Below are positions 62,063 to 64,000 of a DNA stretch of 64,000 bases, one piece after another. Made by a program: the position numbers and the translations under genes. The notes below the pieces were generated by a model. That model was not told the DNA's origin. It ran no database searches and saw only the letters and a program-made list of their open reading frames with translations. The stretch covers positions 955,001 through 1,019,000 of the forward strand of contig NMRA01000005.1 in the NCBI GenBank assembly GCA_002633005.1, written 5' to 3'. This DNA comes from Phoronis australis (Eukaryota; Animalia; Phoronida). Each line of letters opens with the position of its first letter. Within the stretch, counting starts at the first letter, position 1.

Positions 62063-64000
62063 TTCTCTCACAATGGTATTGGGAAATTAAGAGTTAAAAT
62101 ATCTACGGTAATAATTAAAAATAGTCAATAAATACAACTGAAACAAGTGAGTTAAGTACTATACAATTAAATATGATGGTCAGATTTTAGCATGTTGGCT
62201 CAAAATTTGAGCGTGTTTGCCCTGCACACTCAAAAGGCTGGTGAGAATACTGGTCATGGACACACAAACTATCCACGGTCTTAGTGGGCCTCAATGGTTG
62301 CCAGTGTTCCCAACCAAAAGGCATTAAGCTTCTCATTTCTGTTCATAGGGGAGCTAGTTGTTAGATCATCAGCACTGAAACCATTGTCAGCCAGTTCTCC
62401 AAGTTATGTTTCTTGGCAGGACCATTTAGAAATACCTGTCTTTGTGTCTGTCTTTTCTAATTGGCCATCTTTCAACCGCTGGAGTAATTGAATTTCACTG
62501 CTGCTAAGACCGAGTGTCAGGGTATAGTTTTGATGTGTTCTGAGTTCCTTTGATTGATCTCCTCCACTGTTATTACATTCCATCGTGGGAAAGCTCTGTA
62601 CGTAATGTTTACTTCTTTTCACTGAATGTTTGCTTTTATTGGTCTACAACCAAATGGTCATGTCCAGCCGACTTGAAATTTCGTGACTAAATATACCAAC
62701 AAATGAATGAATCGGAGCAGTCTCGGCATCTCTGTTGGTCAGTTAAAAGTCTGTTAGATCTGAAAAGTAACCAAGATGTGTAAGCGATGTATTAAAGTTC
62801 AGCATTTTGTTACCTTTTTGATGAGGTGTTGTTAAAGAATTCTGTCGAATTTTGAAATTTTTGTTGTTCTAGGAGCATGAAATAAATCACTTTGATATTG
62901 ACTTGTTTTGTGCAGTGGTTTAGGCGTCATAGAAACTACTGTAGAACTTACTCAAGTTTGAAAACAATCGGACTAGTGGAATTGTATTTTATCTACGAAT
63001 ACTTCGCCTATGGCGAACATGTGAAATTTCATTTGCCAAATTTCTCAAAGATGAATGAAGATGAAAATATTTTTATCTATTGGCAGCTTTTTGTACACTG
63101 TGGAGGAGTCATCAAACAATATTTGGCCAAGTTTACGTTATTTGCATCGAGGTAAACGGACTCTGAAAAATAATTTCTGCTTTCTTATCGCGCAAAATAA
63201 TTGAAAAATTAATTCTAAAGATAACTCATAACAATAATTGTAGACTGTTGTTTGCATGGTTTGGAAATTAAATTCTTTGCCAAACATAATTTGCTCATGT
63301 TATTTTGGTGTTCCAAATTGAGCGTTGTTTTCATATCCTTAAACAAACGTAGCATACATGAGTTTAGGAGTTGTGTTTATAAACATGTATGCTCACTGTG
63401 CCATTGGGCACAATTATCTGGTCATTTCCTGTAGACACATGTTGCCTTGGCTTGAGTATTGAGAGGGAATGCTCAGAGACAGGTGTTGTATAATCTACCT
63501 GTGTGTCAGTCTGTGCCATCGTGGAAAACTTTTCTCCATCCTTCATTGTACATTTTTGATGTCTTTCATCTCGAAAAAGAATATTCAGTGGATGATTATT
63601 GCAGAAATTAGTTTCAAATCCTTGCAAAATTTTTATTGCAGAAAAATGGGCATGTCACCTTTAAACTTTGATATGGCCTCAGCATCTGTTTACAGCAGTT
63701 TAAATGTTAGCAATAAAAATCGTGGCATATTTTTCCAAGTCTTTTACATTGATCTTTAAATTCCACACTTTGAATTCAATTTGCTTCCAATTCACTTTTC
63801 CTTTCAATCACCTGTTTCCATATCACACATCTTTTTTTAGGTCATACCTAATCCTCTTGACATTTAACTTCTTGAAACACTATCTGAGTTTACAGCGCTT
63901 GCTAAATGTCTAGAGTTTTGAGAAAAGTGTGTGTCAGTGTGTTTGTTAATATTCCTGTCCTGCCTGGCCTATTACCAGTTTACCCCCACGTATAATGGAC

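Overview
AT-rich animal (non-vertebrate-looking) genomic DNA. It holds the middle of one large + strand filamin gene (FLNA/cheerio family), from the end of the CH2 actin-binding domain to the start of the Ig19-equivalent repeat; both gene ends lie outside the window. I assembled 35 GT-AG exons by hand with consistent phases, and many are absent from the ORF track. The gene appears heavily alternatively spliced. Ig1 has three 119-nt duplicated exons followed by two duplicated exons. A 720-nt Thr/Glu/Gln-rich exon can act as an in-frame cassette or as a terminal exon. A 174-nt duplicated exon pair encodes the ligand-binding C-D face of Ig17. Introns around these clusters carry G-U-rich competing complementary segments that suggest RNA-structure-controlled mutually exclusive splicing. 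One intron carries an unusual 882-bp BEL/Pao-derived element whose two LTR copies are inverted, with a 5-bp target-site duplication. There are also MITEs, hairpin elements, tRNA-derived SINE fragments, minisatellites and candidate internal promoters or recursive splice sites. All base-pairings and coordinates were read by eye and need computational and RNA-seq confirmation. Ig numbering follows human FLNA as recalled from memory.
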